This document shows, piece after piece, positions 27,907 through 42,790 of a DNA stretch of 64,000 nt. The stretch lies in assembly GCF_009914755.1 (NCBI RefSeq), contig NC_060928.1. The stretch is one strand, 5' to 3'. The position numbers were made by a program, and so were the translations under genes. The notes beneath the pieces are model-generated. The model did not search any database and had not been told where the DNA came from. It worked only from the letters and a program-made list of their open reading frames with translations. Numbering within the stretch: the stretch's first letter is position 1; every line of letters starts with the position of its first letter. The DNA is from the human T2T-CHM13v2.0 reference genome, Homo sapiens.

Positions 27907-29204
27907 AGACCCACCCACCTCACCACCACTTTGGCTTTAGTCATAGCGTTTATCCTTTCAACTGCTTTACATTTGGGGATCTCATGTTTAGATAATTTGG
28001 GAAAAAACGGATGCAAATAAACATTGAAAACTACTATCATAGAGGGAAGACCATGGATTTTGCTCATAAAGAGACCTCTTCAATATTCCACTTTCTAGTT
28101 ATAACTTGATAATTACTTTTTAAAAACCAGCTTAGAGGCTGTGTTTCCTCATTTGTAAAACGGTGGTGTCTATCACATCAGGTTGGTGTGAGAAGGGGGC
28201 AAAGACTCCTCCACACAAGATATAAGCCATCCCTTTCCTCTCTTACGTTTATGGCTGAAATAGCTAATTTTTCCTGAGAATGGAAGTAGCCCGAGAATCT
28301 TTCCAGCACTATTCTCCAAGACAACAGAAATAGCACATGAATTGAAACACATTTACTCTCCCTTTCTTACAGTGGCAAAACCTTAAACCAGAAGGCGAAG
28401 TATGGAACAAGTGTTTAAATTGAATGACTCTTAGAAGTGTAGAAAATGGTTGTGTCATGTGACCACAAGCAGTTTAGCTTAAGGTAGCAGTTAATAAAAA
28501 TCATTTCAATAGGAATTTATTAATAAAATAATGGCTAATAATAACTAACTGTATTGAGTGCCTACTATGTGTCAGGCAATGTGCTGTTCACCTCCCATGA
28601 ATTAGTTCATTGAATCCTCTCAACAATCCTTTGAATGAAAGAGAGATCTAATCACAGAATTGCAGACTCTGAGGATCCTATTTTAGAATGGCCTTGTTGT
28701 ATTTGTGATTATTTTTAGAAATAAAAATGTAGCTTTGGTATTTATATATTAAGTTTATTTTAGGAAATTTGTTCTGACAAGGGGATAAATTATGAAGAAA
28801 CAGTAGACTCTTGGTATTAGTGAATTTAACATTTGATATTTTAGCCTTTGAAAGTAATATTTGTAAGTGATGTTGTAGGCCCATTATGTAAAATAATTTT
28901 TAATTGTGTTGAGTTACTATTTTGAATTTTGTGTGCTCAGAGCCTGGTGTCTGAAGTGCCACACATAGACAAGGAGCTCAGAAAGCTGCATAGCACTAAC
29001 ATTTCATTCCAGCTTTGTTGTTCTTTGCTTGTAGTCACAAATATATTTCATGAGAAAACCATATGGCTATTCAAGAATATGGTCATTCACAAGTGTCTTG
29101 GGTCATAGCAGGAGTTGATATTCACCTAGTGTGCACTGGTACAGCAGTTGTGGTTATTGAAAATATTGAAATATGTTTGTACTCATTAAGATATTGAAAT
29201 AATT

Positions 29205-29518
<314 letters not shown>

Positions 29519-29591
29519 TTATACGGTTGGTAAATAGCCATTGCCCAAGATGGATTAATATCTCTTTTCTTCTATGTCAACTCTAACCTAT

Positions 29592-29782
29592 AAATTTTGC
29601 CAGATACAATGCAGGATGCCCACTTACATTTAAATATCAGATAAATTATAAATAATTTTCTAGCTTAAGTATGTCTCATACAATATTTAGTACATACTTA
29701 AACAAAAATTATTTGTGGTCTATCTGAAATTCAAATTTAACTGAGCGTCCTGTATTTTTATTTGCAAAATCTGACAACTCTA
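29592..29782. mobile_element. MER53 palindromic MITE
   Basis: TTGCCAGATACAATGCAGGATGCCCA...TGAGCGTCCTGTATTTTTATTTGCAAAATCTGACAAC; long imperfect inverted repeat matching recalled MER53. Confidence 0.75.
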
Positions 29783-31690
29783 CTTTACTAGGAACTCAGA
29801 TCTATTTACAATCTAGCAGTAATGAGTAAAGGGCTGGACTCAGGGTCCCTGCAGGTCCTTACTGTAGGACCTTGGCCAGCCCAGCATTTATTCTGACTTG
29901 ATGCACTTGTTGTACAAGTCATTAAATATTTTTAGCATATTTAATGTCATAGCAATAGTGAATGACAAGGATCTATCTACATTATATTCTTTCTAGTATT
30001 TGATAAGAACTCCACTACTTAGGAATTTTCTCATATTTAGCTTTTAAAGTACACTATTTTTCCATCATTGGGTTTGTTTTTACTCAAAGTTTTTCTTTTT
30101 TCTATTTTAATATTACACAAAATTTAAGTGCAGTGCATCCTTTTTTTAAGTCAATTCTTGCACAAAGAAATGACAAAAATCCATCAACAAAGTGACCAAA
30201 TTGCTGTACATATTCAATCTATCTTTTTGGAAGAGCTTTAAATCTCTACAGTCTTGACAAAATTAATTGTTTGTTTTATTCAGATTGACAACAACTACTT
30301 TCTGTGATTCAGTGCCATTAGAAACGAGATATTATATGAGTTTAGCCATCTTGATATAATAGTCAAGTCAAACTATAATTGCAAGTGAATCCTGCTATAT
30401 ACAGAAAATGCCCATTTATATTGTCTTAAAATATCAATATTAGATTGATGTTTTGTAAGTATCAATTAGATCCTAATGTTTGAATACCAAAGTACATCCC
30501 ACAGGTTACTAATTATGAGAGAATTATATTATTGACTCGATAAAAATTCTCATAATTATATGTGCTGAAGCAATCATGGGTTAAACTCAGTTTATCAGGT
30601 TTCTTTTAGGTTGAATATTTTTGAGGCTTTAATATGTGCAATTATAAATCTTTGGAGAAAAGCTATATGTATGTGTCAATATGTTAAGCATGTTTGTCTG
30701 AGTATGTGTTTGTGTGTGTGTGTATCCACATTTCCTGAGCTTATTTTATCAATTATTCCCTTCACAAAGCCAGGGTTTCAAACACTGCTGCAAATTCCTT
30801 TTTTGCAAGTCGGAAGCTTAGTATCAATTTACTTATTTTCTCTTTGTATTCATTCTGTAATGGCACCTAATCTCCCCTAAACTGATGGATGCCACTAGAG
30901 GACACCAGTAAAGGTTATATGCTCAGAAAAGCAAACAGAAATGCATGTAAATGATTTTAAAAGTATTACTCTCAACACACTATCGGGCTATTTTCATTCT
31001 ATTATCAGAGATACTTTACCTTTGCTTGAGATAGAAAGGTTGATAGCTACTGTGGGAAGCTAAATAGACTTACAGAAATGTCTCTAAATTTCTGTGTTTG
31101 TTTTCTTAAAGATAAAATGAGGATAATGATGCTCGAATTAAGTCTTTACTGAAAAAGGTGTTTGTATGTGTACTTGTTAGGGTGGGTGAAGATTCTATAC
31201 AAAAATGCATTTCAAAGTGCTTTGAAAAAAGAAGTATTATTCTAAATGTACAATATAATTAGTAATCTTCAGTTTATAGTGGCTCCTGCACACTTCAGCT
31301 GTTAGCTTTCTGATTTTCCAGACTTGCTATTAATATGCTATTCTATAAACAGACATGAAACTGTTAAATGATACTAATGGGAAAGTTAAAGTATTTTCCC
31401 TTAATACAAAAAGCCAGCTTCTGAATTATTTGGTTTGTAGACAGATGTTTTCATATGATGGATTTCTTGAAGTTATGTGCCCTTCAACCTAAAATTTACC
31501 CACTTTACAAACCAAGCCTGTGGTATAGATGGCCATTGGCGGGGGAATGAAGGAGAATTTCAACTAATTACTTTCCTGGGTGTAATGTGTATTAATGGTA
31601 GGTGAATTCAAGTGTATAGCCATATTATGCCAATATTGCTTTATGACCACTCACAGTTCAGAAAGACCGGGAGGCTGATTGAGTTGTTCA

Positions 31691-31918
<228 letters not shown>

Positions 31919-32015
31919 TTGGAGCTTCTACCCAGGAAAAACCTCATTTTATTAATCAAAGGCAATACTTTGGTTTATATATATATTTTTAAATGGTTAT
32001 GTTTATGGATTAATC

Positions 32016-32021
32016 AATAAA
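32016..32021 (+). terminator. GRXCR1 polyadenylation signal AATAAA (short 3' UTR, about 31919-32040)
   Basis: AATAAA about 100 nt after the stop codon with a GU/U-rich downstream tract (TTGTCTTTGTGGTG). A second ATTAAATAAA lies at 32081-32090. Confidence 0.75.
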
Positions 32022-33002
32022 CTTTGTTTATTATAATTGTCTTTGTGGTGAATTTTTGCTGCAATCATTTTCATTGATGTATTAAATAAATGTTTATTTA
32101 ACAACTACTATGTGCCAAGCCCTGTGCTAGACCCTGGTTTCTAATTGGAATTAATGGAGTACCCCAAACCATTCCAAGATATCTAAAGTCTGATTCCCTT
32201 AATGTGTTTGCTCGTCTAAAGAAAATAACAAAATCTAGATAATGGTGCCTATTGCAACCTCACCCTATTGACTAGGATGAGTTAATGCAACTACCTAGAA
32301 GCAGAACATATTCCTAGGCATTCTACAAGGAAGAAGAGAGCTCTGGATAGTGGAAAAAATATGATCACCTTTATACTTAGGCAGTAATTTTTTTTAAGCT
32401 GTAGAATAGTTTCTTTTTTTTTAAGCTGCAGAATAGTCTCAAAGCTGATGATCTTAATGATAAACCATAATGTTATCAGGTGGATTTCTTGGTGTTGATA
32501 CAAAAGCTACCAGAAGACTTATCTGGACATTTATTTATTTATTTATTTATTTATTTTATCTTTGGGGGTACATGTGAAGGTTTGTTACATAGAATTGCTT
32601 CTGCCATTGTCACTTGAAAGCCATTCAAAAAGGTGGCTCTTTATTGTCCTCTTAGCGGGACACCAGAGCACTCTACCGTTTGAACACATTCTAGGTAAGA
32701 ATGTGCAAAAAAAGAAAATTTGCTGCAATTATTGGCTGATGACTACCTATATACATGTCTGTACTCGGATGGATTTGCTTATCAATGATTTTTAGAAATT
32801 GCCTTCACAGTATTTGTGATAAGGTAATCAAAATATTTTGCTCCTTGGTTTTCTGAAAAGCAACAAATATTTACAGAGTACTTTTTAATTAGCTAGGCCC
32901 AGTGTAAGGGATGGTTTCTGCTTTCATGGAGCTTACACTTTAAGAAGTAAGGAGTATTCAACAAATAAATATGAGCCGATGAGTCCTATAATACTACAAA
33001 AG

Positions 33003-33353
<351 letters not shown>

Positions 33354-33559
33354 TCACAGGAGGACCAACCTACATGAGGTAGAAAATGATTAGAAAGACT
33401 TTGCCGAGCAACTGATATTTTAACTGAGACATGAGGGAAATTGGAAACTAGTTAGTCAACAAGCAAGAGGATAGTGCTTCAGGTAGAGAAATAGCATATG
33501 TGGTGACCCGAGGTCAGAGGAAAGGTGTGTAGTTGAAGAACTGTAACAAATCCAATGTA

Positions 33560-35729
33560 GGAGTGGGTGTCTCATAATAGTGGAGCAGTTTATAGCAGAA
33601 TAAACCTCCTGCTAATAACGCATATACACTGAACAAAATAATAAAAAACAAACACAATTGTTGAAGTACTAGAAAACAACCCCAAATGAAAAGAAACAGG
33701 AGAGGATTCATTCACTGAAAGATTGGAAACACAATGAACCTCACATTTATCCAGCATTTCCTCTGCAGGTACTTTCCAGTTTTCATAGAATATGCCTCAT
33801 AAAGAAACTGTAGTCTTACTGGGTGAAAAAGATAGAGGTTGGAATCTGGAGCTGCCAGAGTGTCTGGAAGTGAGGGGAAATTTCCAAGAAATGAGGGGAC
33901 CAAACATAAGGGGGCCCCAACATCTGCTCATTAATTTCACCCAAATCCTGGGCTGATTCCTAACCTACACAGGCAGAGGAAAGTTATAGCCAAGGGACCA
34001 GAAAGTTGAGCAGAGAGATCAGCTGCTGCCGGTAGAATTCCTGTAACCAAACCTCCATGGTTTTATGGTAACTTTTAGTATTTGACTAAATGCTAGAGCA
34101 AAACTCAACATGCAAATTCGGTATAGAAAGGAACTCTTTGAATATGAAATGCTAGAGCTAATATCATACATAATGGTAAAATATTGGATGCCTTCTCCCC
34201 AAGATCAGAAACAGTGAATGAATATTCATTTTCATCACATCTATTCAATATTGTGATGGAGGTCCTAGCTAGACAAATAAAGCAAGGAAAAAAGTCATAA
34301 AAATTGGAAAAAATAAAGCTCACTATTTGTATACAATGTAATTGGGATGTAGAAAATCTAAAAAAATTTATAAGCAACTGAACTAAAAACTGAAATTAGC
34401 AAAATTATTGGATTCAAGGACATTATATGAAATTTGAAATGCAATATATAAGAAACACACAATTAAATATAAAATTTCCAATTTAATATCCAGTTGGATG
34501 TTGAATGTCCAATTTAAAGCACTATCAGAAAACAAAATACATGGAATACATTTTTCCAAAGGTGGGTAAGACTTCAACATCAAAAACTAAAATGCAGATT
34601 TTGCTGAGAAATTATAGGAGACCCTAATACATGGAGAAATATATAATGTTTATGGAATGAGAGACTTCACATTTTAAAGGTCTGTATATTTGCAATGCAA
34701 TCTCGATTAAAACCTCACCAGATTCTTAGTAGAATTTGATGAATAAATCTAATTTTATATAAAAATGCATATAACCTAGATATTTTTGAACAAGTAGAGT
34801 AAAATAATGAGAGACAAATAGATCAATAGAATGATTAGAAAATATAGAAATAGACACACACATTAAGATCAACTGATTTTCAAGAAAGATGCCAATTTGA
34901 GGCAATGGAGAAGGGAAAGTCTTTTCACAAATAGTGCTGGAACAACTAGATTTCCATGTGGAAAAAATGACTATGACAATGACTACTACTACACTGCTAC
35001 CACTGCTGCTCCTGGCACCTAGTAGGTAGAGGTCAGGGGTACTGATAAAAATTCTACAAAACACAGTATAACCCTTTGCCTCAAAAAAGGATTATTTAAT
35101 CCAAAATGTCAGTAGTGCCAAGACTTAGACACCCTGATCTAAATGTTGAAGCTAAATCAAGATAATAGTTTTACAATCTTGGAATAGGTGAAGATGTTTT
35201 GGGCAAGTAAGTCCAAAACACCTAACCATAAATTGGACTTTAAGATTAAAATGTTCTCACAAAAGACATGTAAGAAAATGAAAAGGGAAGCCATAACAGG
35301 GAGAAAATATTCACAACCTAAATGTCTGCCAGAGGACCAAAATATGTAGAATATGTGAAGAACTCTGAAAAATCAAAAATAAAAAGACACCCTAAAGACA
35401 ATCTAATGAAGAAATGGGTCACAGGTGCCTGCAAAAGAGGCTATGGCTGGCCAAAAACATTTAGTAAAATATGACATCATTAGTCATTAGAGAAGTGCAA
35501 ATTAAAACCACAATGTTATATTACTGCACAATATTTAGAATGACTAAAATTTGTTTAAAAAGATTGAAAATACTAAGTGATGGTGTGGAGGTGGAGTAAC
35601 TAGAACTCTCCTACATTGCTAATGGGAATGTTAAATGGTACGACCACTTGGGAAAACCTCTGATGAGGTAAATATACACCAAACACCAGTTTACTCCTAG
35701 TTACTTACTCAATAGAGATAAGAATATAT
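33560..35729 (+). mobile_element. Old L1M fragments, with a MER20 piece at about 35005-35137
   Basis: Degenerate L1 ORF2/3' motifs such as TTTTCACAAATAGTGCTGGAACAACTAGA and AGTGCAAATTAAAACCACAATG. Boundaries approximate. Confidence 0.65.
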
Positions 35730-35746
35730 GGCTAGGAGCAGTGGCT

Positions 35747-37988
35747 CCACACAAATCTCATCTTGTAGCTCCCATAATCCCCATGTGTTGTGGGAGGGAT
35801 CCAGTGGGAGATAATTGAATCAATGGGAGCAGGTCTTTCTCATGCTGTTCTCATGATAGTGAATGAGTCTCACATGACCTGATGGTTTTAAAAATGGGAG
35901 CTTCTCTGCACAAGCTCTCTCTTTGTCTGCTTCCATCCATGTAAGATGTTACTTACTTCTCGTTGCCTTCTGCCATGATTGTGAGGCCTCCTCAGCCATG
36001 TGGAACTGTAAGTCCAATAAACTTCTTTCTTTTGTATATTGCCCAGTCTCGGGTATGTCTTTATCATCAGCATGAAAATGGCTAATACAGTAAATTGGTA
36101 CCAGTAGAGTGTGGCATTGCTGAAAAGATACACGAAAATGTGGAAGTGACTTTGGAACTGGGTAACAGGAAGAGATTAGAACAGTTTGCAGGGCTCAGAA
36201 TAAGACAGGAGAATGTGGGAAAGTTTGGAACTTCCTAGAAACTTGTAGAAAGTTTTTGACCAATACACTGATAGTGATATGAACAATAAGGTCCAGGTTG
36301 AGGTGGTATCAGATGGAGATGAGTAACTTGTTGGAAACTGGAGCAAAAGTGATTCTTGTTATGTTTTAGCAAAGAGACTGGCAGCATTTTGCCCCTGCCC
36401 TAGAGATTTGTGGAGCTTTGAACTTGAGATAGATGATTTAGGGTATTTGGTGGATAAAATTTCTATGTAGCATAGCATTCAAGAGGTGATTTTGGTGCTG
36501 TTAAAGGCATTCAGTTTTAAAAGGAAAACAGAACATAAAAGTTTAGAAAATTTGCAGCCTGACAGTTAAATAGAAAAGAAGATCTCATTTTCGGAGGAGA
36601 AATTCAAGCTGGCTGCAGAAATTTACACAAGTAATGAGAAGTCACATGTTAATCACCAGGATGATGGGGAAAATGTATCCAGGCCATGTCAGAAACCTTT
36701 GCAGGCCTGCAGGTTTAGGAGGGAAAAATGGTTTTGTGGGCCAGGTCCAGGGTCTCTTTGCTGTGTGCAGTCTAGAAACTTGGTGTCCTGTGTCCCAGCT
36801 GCTCCAGTCATGACTAAAAGCTCAGGCTGTTGCTTCAGAGGGTGGGAGCCCCAAGCCTTGGCAGCTTCTACGTGGTGTTGAACCTGCAGGTGCACAGAAG
36901 TTAAGAACTGAGGTTTGGGGACCTCTGCCTAGATTTCAGAGGATGTATGGAAGGAGTTTGCTGTAGGGGTGGGGCCCTCATGGAGAACCTCTGCTAGGGC
37001 AGTGCAGAAGGAAATGTGGTGTTGGAGCCCCCACACAGAGTCCCTACTGGGGCACTGCCTAGTGGAGCTGTGAGAAGAGGGCCACCATTCTCCAGACCCC
37101 AGAATGGCGGATCTGCTGACAGCTTTGCACCATGCACCTGGAAAAGCCACAGACACTCAACACCAGCCTGTGAAGGCAGCCAGGAGGGAGGCTGTACCCT
37201 GAAAAGCCACAGGGGTGCAGCTGCCCAAAACCATGGGAACCTACCTCTTGCATCAGTGTGACCTGGATGTGAGACATGGAGTCAAAGAAGATTATTTCGG
37301 AGCTTTAAGATTTGACTGACTTGCTGGATTTTGGACTTGCATGGGGCCTGTAGCCCCTTCATTTTGGCCAACTTCTCCCATTTGGAATGGCTGTACTTAC
37401 CCAATGCCTGTATCCCCATTATATCTAGCAAGTAACTAACTTGCATTTGATTTCACAGGCTCATAGGCAGAAGGGACTTACTTGCCTTGTCTCAGATGAG
37501 ACTTTGAACTTTGGACTTTTGAGTTAATACTGAAATGAGTTGAGACTTTGCGGTACTGTTGGGAAGGCATGATTGGTTTTGAAATGTGAAGATATGAGAT
37601 TTTGGAGGGTCCAGGGGCAGAATGATATGGTTTTGCCCTGTGTCCCCACCCAAGTCTCATCTTGTAGGTCACATAATTCCCACACGTTGTAGGAGGGACC
37701 CAATGGGGGATGACTGAATCATGCGGGCAGGTCTTTCCCGTTCTGTTCTTGTGATAGTGAATGGGTCTTACGACATCTGACGGTTTTAAAAACAGGTGTT
37801 TCTCTGCACAAGCTCTCTCTTTGCCCACTGCCATCCATGTAAGATGTGACTTGCTGCTCCGTGACTCCTGGCATGACCCTGAGGCCTCCCCAGCCATGTG
37901 GAACTGTAAGTCCAATAAACCTCTTTCTTTTGTAAATTGCCCAGTCTTGGGTATGTCTTTATCAGCAGGGGGAAAATGGACTATTACA
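35747..37988 (+). mobile_element. THE1B-like MaLR provirus (clipped 5' LTR to 36089, internal region, 3' LTR 37623-37988)
   Basis: Two THE1B-type LTRs containing GTCCAATAAAC, with THE1-internal sequence between them. Confidence 0.9.
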
Positions 37989-40900
37989 GAGGCAAAGAGT
38001 TTCTTATAACAGGGAGAGTTTCTCATCACTGTTCCAACATCGTTGTGAGATTCTAAGTAGAATCTCAAAATTTTCTCACTACTTGAGCCCTGGCTCCGTT
38101 TCTGCAAATCCAAACATAGTCTCAATGTCCTCCTTGTCTGAGGTAATAATAATCAGGTTGGAGAATTAGAATAGCACAAGGGAATCTAATTTTTAGGCCC
38201 TATCCTAAACCATGGGTTCTGAGGGCAAAAGCTTCTTGACTCTTAATTATATTAAAAAAATTATTTTTATCTTTTATTCCTTTTTTGCATGCATTGCCAT
38301 GAGATTAAAGGTTGTGTTTTCTGTTGATTATTAGTAAGGCTCTAAGGAAGAACATTATGAAAGAGTAATGAAACTTGAAAAAAATAAACTCAGATACCTC
38401 TTAGAATTGCAAAAGTTAATGAGAGTAATAGGCTCAGAACAAGCTTAGAATAGGCTCATTTAAACATAAATTTATGTTAACTTTCTGAGATAACTTGCTT
38501 TAGACACTTCACATCTATCTATTTCAGTTTTATGATATATATATGGCAAATAATAATAACTGCTATATTTACCTCACACTGTCATAGTGTGGGATTAATT
38601 CAAATATATAGGAAAGTACTTTAAAAAAAGACAAAGCATACTATGAGGCATAGAATAATTTCATAATTAACACAAAAATTATGCATTAGCAACACATCTT
38701 TTTATTGGCCAGATTAAAAAAAGAACTAATATTTGTTGAACATTCTTCTGATTGCTAGGTTTTGTAGAAGGTACCTCATTTATTCTTCACAGTATCCCAT
38801 AATTTCATAGATGAAGAAACTGTGATTCAGAGTGTTAATTACTTCTCTGAAAGTCTGGAAATTTATGTTAATTTGTTGTAGCTTCTGTGTCCATGTGAGT
38901 TGCCTTTATGTCTGGTATAAAGTGGGAAAGCAGTCAAGAAAACAATAAACTTGCTCAAAGATAAACCTGACATCAACAATAAAGTTGGAATGAAAAGTCT
39001 GTCCTGAGCTTCTATGCTTTTACAACTTCGTCCATTCCTCTTGGCAATTCTTAATAGATTTCAAAAGTCAACAATGCTGGTTGTTTGCAAAGGACATATA
39101 GTAGTGCAATCAGGGCTGGAGTTTGCTCATAAACTTAAAAAAAAGATTAAGGGAGGGATCTTAAAAAATGACATATACCTAAATAATAGAAATACATATT
39201 TATTTTTCTAATCTGTCATAAGGTCTTTTTTAAAAAGATAAATTATTAGCATATTGATTAAAGTTTTATCTGGTCTTTCATGCACAAACCTCACACATGT
39301 AAAGAAGCTACTCTGGGCTCCTTCAAAGTGGAGTGAAAATTTAAAGACTCTTTTAGAAAGCAATCAGAATGTAATACCGTTTTGGATTTTTGTGATTATT
39401 TCTCCCGAACTTTTACAGTTTCCTTATCCATGACTAATTTGACAGTATTTTCTCTAAGTATTTGACTTAGTTATTTCCAAGGTATCAAAGTTATTTTTCA
39501 TAGAATAAACAGCTTTCTTTCTTTCCTTAACTATTACATTTAAGATTAATGTTATTAGGTTATACAATTATATGTATAATTATATGTATGTATAATTATA
39601 AACACAATTATACAGCTATCAAACTTAGGAAGAAACAAAACTGACTCTTAGGATATTAATTTGTTTACTGGTAGTGGAAGTGTACCAGCAGACAAGAGTG
39701 GTTCTCTGGGTCGGAGAACATTCAGGAGACAGGAGCATCAGAAGGAACGTGTCACAGAGGGAATGGGGAAAGTCGACCAACCTTGAAAGTATGTGAAGTC
39801 TAAGTTGGCTATGAAAGCTTTAGCTAACTTATGTGGCCATGACAATAACCAAGGGCATCATTAATGATATGCTCAAGGTTATTCATCATTGCCTTTCTGA
39901 CCTCCCTTCAGGCTCATCGGCAACTGGCATCACTTAGGTACCAGCATTTCTAATGCTGACCATGCTTAATGGGAGGCTCAATCACTTTGGAAGACATGTT
40001 GCTCTTTGTGCACCTTCTTCACTTAGAAACAGACAGTCTCATTCAGCATGCTGCAGCAGCAGCAGACTAATGCTTTACTGAAAGTGATTGCAGTGGATTC
40101 CTATCAAGAAGCACCTTCTTCCTTGGGCATTCTTTGACAAGCTATAATAATTCTGGACAATAGAGATAAAAATATTTTTCATGTATAAGTATCCATGTCT
40201 TGAAGCACAATTCCTCTAGGAAAAGAAGGATTACTTGTTCTGATGGAAACCTTTTTTCTGGTTCTATTTTGAAGTCTTTGAATTCTTCCATTAAACCTAG
40301 CACAGAATATACGGAAAAATTTAAAATGTATGATTTGGCGGCAAGGTGACTTTGAATTGGAACAAAGCTTTCATAGAGGAATATAAGATGTCCTAAGAGC
40401 ATTGGCTATATATAGTAAAACTGGAGCCTACTTTTAATCAATATCTAGAAAATCCATATTGATTCTCTGCAGTGCACATGCCTCATTTAGCATTCTGTGC
40501 CCAGAAGTTGTTACCTTTCTCTCTCTATATTTTCTGTGGTCTTAATCCTTTTCTTTGCACCACCTTGTTGGAGGAATATAAATATAAATGTTATCTGAGT
40601 ACCCAGAATAGAGGTCATCAATCAGTTAGAAAGCAAAATGTTTGCATAATCTAGAAAATGGTGCTATGGTGCAGTGCTGATTTATTGCAGTAAATGAAGT
40701 TAAAACCAATGGAAAACAGTAATCTTTTAATTTTTGCTCTTCTGAATTGCTGGTTGCTTTCATTCCTATTTTGAACATTTCATTGGATGAATAAAGACAT
40801 TGTGAAACTTGAAGACCCTAGAAGAAGCACTGGTACAAAATCTAAGGTGCTGTTTCCTGGAATACCGGATGCCACTTTATTGCTGTGAAGTTTACATGTA

Positions 40901-41774
40901 TGCTTTGACCTTTAAATGTCTGTTCTGAGTTACTTGTCTGCTGTAGATTTTACCTAGAGACAGAATTGTCAATATATTTTCCATTACATTTTTGTATTCT
41001 GGGAAGGAAATATCATAGCATGCTTTATTTTTAGTAAAAAGAAATACAAACTGTTTTTTAGAATATTCTTCCCTAAGGTAAAACTGCTACAATCTTTGTA
41101 TTTTTTCAGTAGTTGCTGTACATTCTTTTGCTGTTATAAATATGTGAACAGCTACCAGTAGCTCTAATCCCCACCCCATGTGTGCTTCTTCCCATTTTCC
41201 TCTCTTTCCGTTTGCAAAAAATAGGAACTGGGGACAAATTTTGAGTCTATTTATGAGGTAGGAGTACTTTTGTCTCTAAATTAAATATTTGAATTTGTTA
41301 GTAATGTTACGGTGATAAGTAATTATAGAAAACTCCCAGAGTTTCTGGAATCATTACTAGCCATGACGTTCAGTTCAAAAATATATTAGGCATTGTGAGG
41401 GAGATGAATATACATAATCTGACATGGTTTTGGCCCTATCATGATTGGGAAGATAAGTCATCTTAAAGATAACTAGAACACAAACTGTATTATGCCGGTT
41501 ATTGATTATTAGATGACAGCTGGAGACTATAAATATTAGAGGATGCTCAAAGGAGCAGAATATATAAACATGAGAGCCTTTGTTGGTGAAATTCGCTTAA
41601 AGGAGTGTATTTGATAACAGCTAGGATTTCTACAGCAAAGATATGGGTGGAAAGTCATAGCTCAGCTATGGAATCAGGCAGGTGGAAAACAAAATGCTTA
41701 GCGCAAAGTACTTAGCCTGGAAGAGGGCAAGCATTCACTGCATGCTTCAAATGTTCCCAAAGGTGATGGTAATA

Positions 41775-42000
41775 GGTAGTGTATCACTGTGGTTAGGCTC
41801 TGGATCCTGACTTTCTGGTTTTCAATCCCAGTTCTGCCATTTACTAGCTGTATGTTTTTAAGTAAGTAACTTATACTTTCTGTGCCTCAGTTTTCTTATT
41901 GTTAATGAAAATAATACTAGTATCTAATTAAATGGCTTTCTTTGGTGATTAGGTTATTATGGATGAAGTCTTTAATTCAATACCCACCACATATGAGTAG
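41775..42000. mobile_element. MIR
   Basis: MIR core AATCCCAGTTCTGCCATTTACTAGCTGT...TCTGTGCCTCAGTTTTCTTA. Other MIRs lie at about 12190-12400, 13950-14140, 18700-18940, 21060-21270 and 24190-24440. Confidence 0.7.
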
Positions 42001-42199
42001 AGATAATCTAGGCCTAGATAGTGACAAGCTTTGAAGGTGCTGGCTTTTATATTTATCCTGTAGGCAATCAAGGCATTTTCAGTCAAGGTATTTATTCCAT
42101 GAGATGTTGGTTTAGAAAAAGAAAGTAATTATATATTAAAGGAATTGAGGGGTCTGGGAAAAAATAAGTTGAGATTTGGGGTGCAATATATACTCTTAA

Positions 42200-42790
42200 C
42201 CAATGACAATATATGGCACTATTTTTGCATCGTCAGAATACTTGAGTCTGGGAACCAAAAGTTAAAAATGGGAATGGATCCTCTAAATATTACTGTTAAT
42301 ATTTTGCTCAACATATTTTTGTTTCCCACCCCCATTATATCAGACTATTGATATAGCTATCTTAGTATTCAAAAGAAAAGTTCTTCTAATAAGGCAAAAG
42401 CAATGGTTCTGTTGACAATGGTTCTTTCACAAGGCCATTTTTAGTTTCAGATGCTATCAATCACACAGAAAAAAAAGCTACTGTTTGGCTGAATGATTGA
42501 TCCTATTTATCAATGGAACATGTATTGCTGGTAAACAATGTGTGCAGGAAGAAGGATGTCTAGAACCCAGACTCTTTCTTAGACACCACCTAGTGCTACC
42601 ACATCTGGAGATAAAAGCTAATGGGAGATTACAGTACTGCAGCAAAAGCAGGACAACCAGAAGGTAAGAGCTTCTAGAAGGAAAGTTTTAGATTTTAGAT
42701 TATCCTACTAGGAGAAGAGCCCATTCCACTGAGGTGCAGGCTTAACATGGAAAACATAAAAAAAGAAGTTTATAAATACAAACCAAATAT
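42200..42790 (+). mobile_element. ERVL internal fragment (integrase end/dUTPase region), degenerate
   Basis: GAGTCTGGGAACCAAAAG and GGCTGAATGATTGATCCTATTTATCAATGG resemble the recalled HERV-L dUTPase region. Confidence 0.55.

Noticed and set aside
37478-38125. 215-aa minus-strand ORF
   Set aside because: Antisense read-through of the THE1B internal region and LTR.
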